From: a virus
Length of the DNA stretch: 64,000 nucleotides
IMG/VR virus record: IMGVR_UViG_3300032307_000516
Location: 8,050 to 72,049 of that record
Direction: 5' to 3' (one strand)
The notes beneath the pieces are model-generated. The model saw only the letters and a list, made by a program, of their open reading frames with translations, was not told the DNA's origin and did not search any database. This document shows, one piece after another, positions 57,438-64,000 of the stretch (positions are counted from its first letter, which is position 1; every line of letters begins with the position of its first letter). A program made the translations under genes and the position numbers.

Positions 57438-57908
57438 ATGAGTGGTAAAATTATAATAGTTGGTCCCGGGGGATCAGGAAAAGATTTCTTGAGAAAGAAA
57501 ATGGTAAATCGTGGATTTGAATACGGGGTTTCTTTTACAAGTAGGCCCCCTAGAGAAGGCGAAGAAGAAGGAGTTGACTATTATTATCGGGACGAGAATT
57601 TTTTTATATCTAATACTGATATATTTTTAGAATTGCAAGAATTTAACGGATGGAAGTATGGAATATCCAAAGAAGAATTTTTAGCAAAAAATCTTTTTAT
57701 TCTTAGTCCTGCTGGTCTTAGAAGTTTACCTGAAGATTTTAGAAAAGATTCTTTTGTTATTTATTTAAACCCGTCAGAGGATATTAGGCTCAAAAGATTA
57801 CAAGAAAGAAATGATGCTGACAGCGTAGAGAGAAGATTAATTGCCGACAGGAAGGATTTTTTTGATTTTTCTGACTATGATATAATGATAACAAATGAAA
57901 ATTTTTAA
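57438..57908 (+). CDS. gmk: guanylate kinase
   Basis: GPGGSGK, TSRPPREGEEEGVDYYY. Confidence 0.85.
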   Translation: MSGKIIIVGPGGSGKDFLRKKMVNRGFEYGVSFTSRPPREGEEEGVDYYYRDENFFISNTDIFLELQEFNGWKYGISKEEFLAKNLFILSPAGLRSLPEDFRKDSFVIYLNPSEDIRLKRLQERNDADSVERRLIADRKDFFDFSDYDIMITNENF

Positions 57909-59039
57909 ATGATAACAGTTTGTATAGACGGTAATTATGTATTTCACAAAACCTTTGGTATATTTTCAGGGTTTGGAAGTAAAAATCCGGGTGATGTATT
58001 ATCATCAGAGGCTGAGAGAAATATGTTTATAAGAAAGGTGATAACCGATTTATGTTATTCACTAAACCAAATACCGGAAATTAATAGAATAATCTTCTGT
58101 AAAGATTCTAGATCTTGGAGAAAAGATTATAAAATAACACGTAGTGTCTATAAAGAGAGCAGAGTTAAAAGCGAAGGAGTTGACTGGGGATCTTTTTTTA
58201 AGCTCATGGATGAGTTTGGAGATTTCTTAGAAGAAAACGGTTTTATCTATAGCTCATATCAGGGGGCAGAAGGCGATGACTTAATATGGGCTTGGTGTGA
58301 TTATTTAAAAGATTCTGATGATTGTGTTATAGTTCTTAGTGGTGATAAGGATATGCACCAGCTAGTTGAATATAACGGTAAGACATGGACGGGAATATGG
58401 AATAGCAATTCAAAAAACAATAAACTCGTAGTACATAACGATTGGAGTATAGAGGATAAAAAAGAACCTACTATATTTGATGTTACCCCTGTATCAGGAT
58501 CTAATGATTCAAAAATAGAAAAACTGGTATCCTCATGTATTGTTGAAAAAATAGATACGAAAGAATTTATTTTTAAGAAAATACTAATGGGAGATAAAAA
58601 AGACGATGTTCCTGGTGTTTTTCCTTACCAAACTAAAAATGGAAAGAATTCTAATATTGCAGAAGGTAAATCTCAGAAAATATGGGATTTATATCAACAG
58701 TCTCCATGGGCAGAATATAAATTAGAAGATATCTGGCAGAATGAAGATTTTCTAGGATGGCTAGCAGGTCTTTCTCTTAGACTTATATCTCAAACAGATA
58801 ATAAAGAAAACAGAGATAAATTCAAGCAATTCTACGAAGAGAATGCAAGATTAGTTTGGCTTAATTCTGAATCTATACCACATAATATGGTAGAAGGATT
58901 AAGAAATCATGTTATAGAACTTGATGCTAAAGAAAAATCTCCTGTTTTGATTGATAAAAAAATAATGATCGAAAAATCACCATGGTACAAGGAGTCTACT
59001 CCGCCTAGAGGATTCGATCCCTTTGATCTTTTTAAATAA
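57909..59039 (+). CDS. 5'-3' exonuclease / T4 RNase H-like
   Basis: IDGN, WRK, YK, EGDD, SGDKDMHQL, GDKKDDVPG. Confidence 0.88.
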   Translation: MITVCIDGNYVFHKTFGIFSGFGSKNPGDVLSSEAERNMFIRKVITDLCYSLNQIPEINRIIFCKDSRSWRKDYKITRSVYKESRVKSEGVDWGSFFKLMDEFGDFLEENGFIYSSYQGAEGDDLIWAWCDYLKDSDDCVIVLSGDKDMHQLVEYNGKTWTGIWNSNSKNNKLVVHNDWSIEDKKEPTIFDVTPVSGSNDSKIEKLVSSCIVEKIDTKEFIFKKILMGDKKDDVPGVFPYQTKNGKNSNIAEGKSQKIWDLYQQSPWAEYKLEDIWQNEDFLGWLAGLSLRLISQTDNKENRDKFKQFYEENARLVWLNSESIPHNMVEGLRNHVIELDAKEKSPVLIDKKIMIEKSPWYKESTPPRGFDPFDLFK

Positions 59040-59440
59040 TGGATAATCCTTTCGAAATAATTAAATCATTCCATACAAAAAGCTGGGAGAAGGTAAGTGA
59101 TAGAGATAAAGCTAGAAATCTTTTCATGATCAATAGAACATGCTCTATTGCATATCCACTTCAAGCTAATTCTTTCAATAATATTAAAATTCAGCCTGAA
59201 AAGGTAGTGGATTTCTGGAAAGTATTTGTGACCCATAAACACAAAACTACTCCTTCGTGGATTTGGACTAAAACTGTAAAAAAGACGAAGGAAAAATCAC
59301 AAGATAACTACAAGGAAGAAATTATAAATTTCATCAAAGAAAAGTACCAAATATCTAATAGGGAAATCCAAGAAATGAAAGAATTTTTCCCCTCTAAATT
59401 TAAGCAATTCTATAAAGATATAGAAACTCTGCTCAGTTAG
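59039..59440 (+). CDS. hypothetical protein, possibly clamp loader small subunit (gp62-like)
   Basis: FMINR motif, YQIS..E. Confidence 0.55.
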   Translation: MDNPFEIIKSFHTKSWEKVSDRDKARNLFMINRTCSIAYPLQANSFNNIKIQPEKVVDFWKVFVTHKHKTTPSWIWTKTVKKTKEKSQDNYKEEIINFIKEKYQISNREIQEMKEFFPSKFKQFYKDIETLLS

Positions 59441-59488
59441 GATTCATATTCCTAAGTCCGGATATATAAATAAACAAAATAGTCCGGA

Positions 59489-62005
<2,517 letters not shown>

Positions 62006-62067
62006 TTTCCGATTAGTTGATAATATTTTTTGAGATAAATACTAATGACAAAATAATATAAAATTAA

Positions 62068-64000
62068 ATGGCCCAGATACCAAAACTACCTATAACGATG
62101 ATCGCCTCGGTAAGGCCCGGATCAGTTATAGTTAGTAGCTTATATGAAAATTCTTCAAGCGTATGGGATAATTATCCTTCATCTTTTGATTGTATTTTAG
62201 ATATAATTGCTACACCAACTTCACAGGAGCCAAATTTTAATATAAACGGAAACGATCTTAAAGTTGGTATGTGGCTTTTACAGCCAAACGGGAATGCTTA
62301 TCTAATTACTGAGATCTCATCATCTAGCGATTTTGAAGCAACTGTATCATTAAAAGATATAGATCTTTATAATCTAGTAAGCGATTATACAGCAACAGGA
62401 AATAATTACCCAATAGAAGGAATAAATGGTATAACTTTTGAAGTTTCAGAGGACGGAGCTCCAGTTACAGCTTTAATTGCAACCGCCTTATCTCCCAATT
62501 TAGACGAGTCTGGATATTGGATAGACGATGCTTTAGCAAGATTTCAATATAGAAATATAGTTAAAGCTAGTTATACCACATTTTATTCCCCTAATCCATC
62601 ATATAATATTAATTCGGTAGGAGAAGTAGTTTATTTAGATTCTTATGGAGTTTTTACGTTAGTTGATACAACAAACTCTGTACAAGTAGAGAAAGCATTC
62701 GGTGTTATTACTTCATTAAATGAACCGGAACAGGGTAATATAACTGTCAGACCATTTGGTAGAATAGTAACAACAGATTTTCAGCTACCAGGAGCAATAG
62801 GAGATGTCCTATATTTTGATTCTACCGCGTCTCCGTCATTTGTAACGAACGTTAAACCTGCAATTGGAGTTATACCTGTCTATATTAAAATAAGTGATTA
62901 TACGGCTTCCTATTTGTATCCTGCACAGGGAACAGGAGGAGGAACAACTAGTGGATCATCTGGAACTAGTGGAATAGATGGATCTTCTGGGACATCCGGT
63001 GTAGACGGAACTAGTGGTACTTCGGGTATAGATGGAACTAGCGGTACATCAGGTATAGACGGAACTAGTGGAACCGACGGTACTTCAGGAACTAGCGGTA
63101 TTGATGGTACATCAGGTACAGATGGAACTTCTGGAACTTCAGGTATTGACGGAACTAGTGGAACATCGGGAATAGACGGAACTAGTGGTACATCTGGAAT
63201 AGATGGGACTAGCGGAAGCTCAGGAACATCAGGATTAAGTGGAGTAGACGGGTCTTCAGGAACTAGTGGTATCTCAGGAAGTAGTGGTAGCTCCGGAAGT
63301 AGTGGGACTTCAGGAACAAGTGGAATTAACGGATCATCAGGAACAAGCGGAAGCTCCGGTACCTCAGGAACAAGTGGAAGCTCCGGTATATCTGGTTCAA
63401 GCGGTACTTCAGGATCTAGTGGATCTAGTGGTTCATCGGGTTCATCAGGTTCATCAGGTTCAAGTGGTAGTTCTGGAACAAGCGGAACTTCTGGAACAAG
63501 CGGAATATCGGGTGTTGACGGTGATGACGGAACTTCTGGAACAAGTGGATCTTCTGGAACAAGTGGATCTTCTGGAACAAGTGGATCTTCTGGAACAAGT
63601 GGTATAGATGGGACTTCTGGATCTTCGGGGACAAGTGGTATAGATGGGACTTCAGGAACAGACGGAACTTCTGGATCTTCTGGAACAAGTGGCATTGATG
63701 GTACAAGTGGATCTTCAGGAACAAGTGGTAGTTCAGGAACAAGTGGTAGTTCAGGAACAAGCGGTATCGATGGTACAAGTGGAACATCAGGATCAAGTGG
63801 ATCTTCAGGAACAGCAGGAACCTCAGGTTCTTCAGGAACATCAGGAACATCAGGATCAAGTGGATCTTCAGGAACAGCAGGATCAAGTGGATCTTCAGGA
63901 TCAAGTGGATCTTCAGGATCAAGTGGTAGTTCAGGAACAAGCGGTAGTTCAGGAACAAGTGGTAGTTCAGGAACAAGCGGTATCGATGGTACAAGTGGAA
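62068..64000 (+). CDS. large GTS/GSS/GID-repeat fibre protein (runs off window)
   Basis: ATG at 62068 (MAQIPKLP...); repeat tract from ~62930 to the end. Confidence 0.8.
   Translation, partial: MAQIPKLPITMIASVRPGSVIVSSLYENSSSVWDNYPSSFDCILDIIATPTSQEPNFNINGNDLKVGMWLLQPNGNAYLITEISSSSDFEATVSLKDIDLYNLVSDYTATGNNYPIEGINGITFEVSEDGAPVTALIATALSPNLDESGYWIDDALARFQYRNIVKASYTTFYSPNPSYNINSVGEVVYLDSYGVFTLVDTTNSVQVEKAFGVITSLNEPEQGNITVRPFGRIVTTDFQLPGAIGDVLYFDSTASPSFVTNVKPAIGVIPVYIKISDYTASYLYPAQGTGGGTTSGSSGTSGIDGSSGTSGVDGTSGTSGIDGTSGTSGIDGTSGTDGTSGTSGIDGTSGTDGTSGTSGIDGTSGTSGIDGTSGTSGIDGTSGSSGTSGLSGVDGSSGTSGISGSSGSSGSSGTSGTSGINGSSGTSGSSGTSGTSGSSGISGSSGTSGSSGSSGSSGSSGSSGSSGSSGTSGTSGTSGISGVDGDDGTSGTSGSSGTSGSSGTSGSSGTSGIDGTSGSSGTSGIDGTSGTDGTSGSSGTSGIDGTSGSSGTSGSSGTSGSSGTSGIDGTSGTSGSSGSSGTAGTSGSSGTSGTSGSSGSSGTAGSSGSSGSSGSSGSSGSSGTSGSSGTSGSSGTSGIDGTSG

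Overview
AT-rich segment of a jumbo T4-like (myovirus) phage genome. The host is probably a Bacteroidota: TAnnTTTG promoters are present and Shine-Dalgarno motifs are absent. Bases ~0.5-8.5 kb hold three tRNA operons with 26 canonical tRNAs covering all 20 amino acids, interspersed with small structured RNAs, two HAD phosphatases and a recent insertion. The rest encodes nucleotide metabolism (GMP reductase, thymidylate synthase-like protein, dCMP deaminase, guanylate kinase), recombination and replication (UvsX, gp41, gp46/47, ligase, clamp loader, RNase H), two sigma factors, and T4-like morphogenesis genes (gp14/15/16/17/18, two gp19, gp26, gp2, gp4, two gp20 portals, Gly-X-Y fibre proteins). 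Main finding: each tRNA operon is preceded by an unannotated leader peptide whose codons match, at isoacceptor level, the tRNAs encoded downstream. Each leader overlaps an antiterminator that competes with an intrinsic terminator, followed by a boxA element. This looks like a codon-sensing translational attenuator that switches on phage tRNAs when the matching host tRNAs are depleted. Also notable: a perfectly circularly permuted tRNA-Lys inside a duplicated RNA scaffold, CCA-ended mini-RNAs, and two candidate programmed frameshifts. All calls were made by eye from motifs; no database searches were run.
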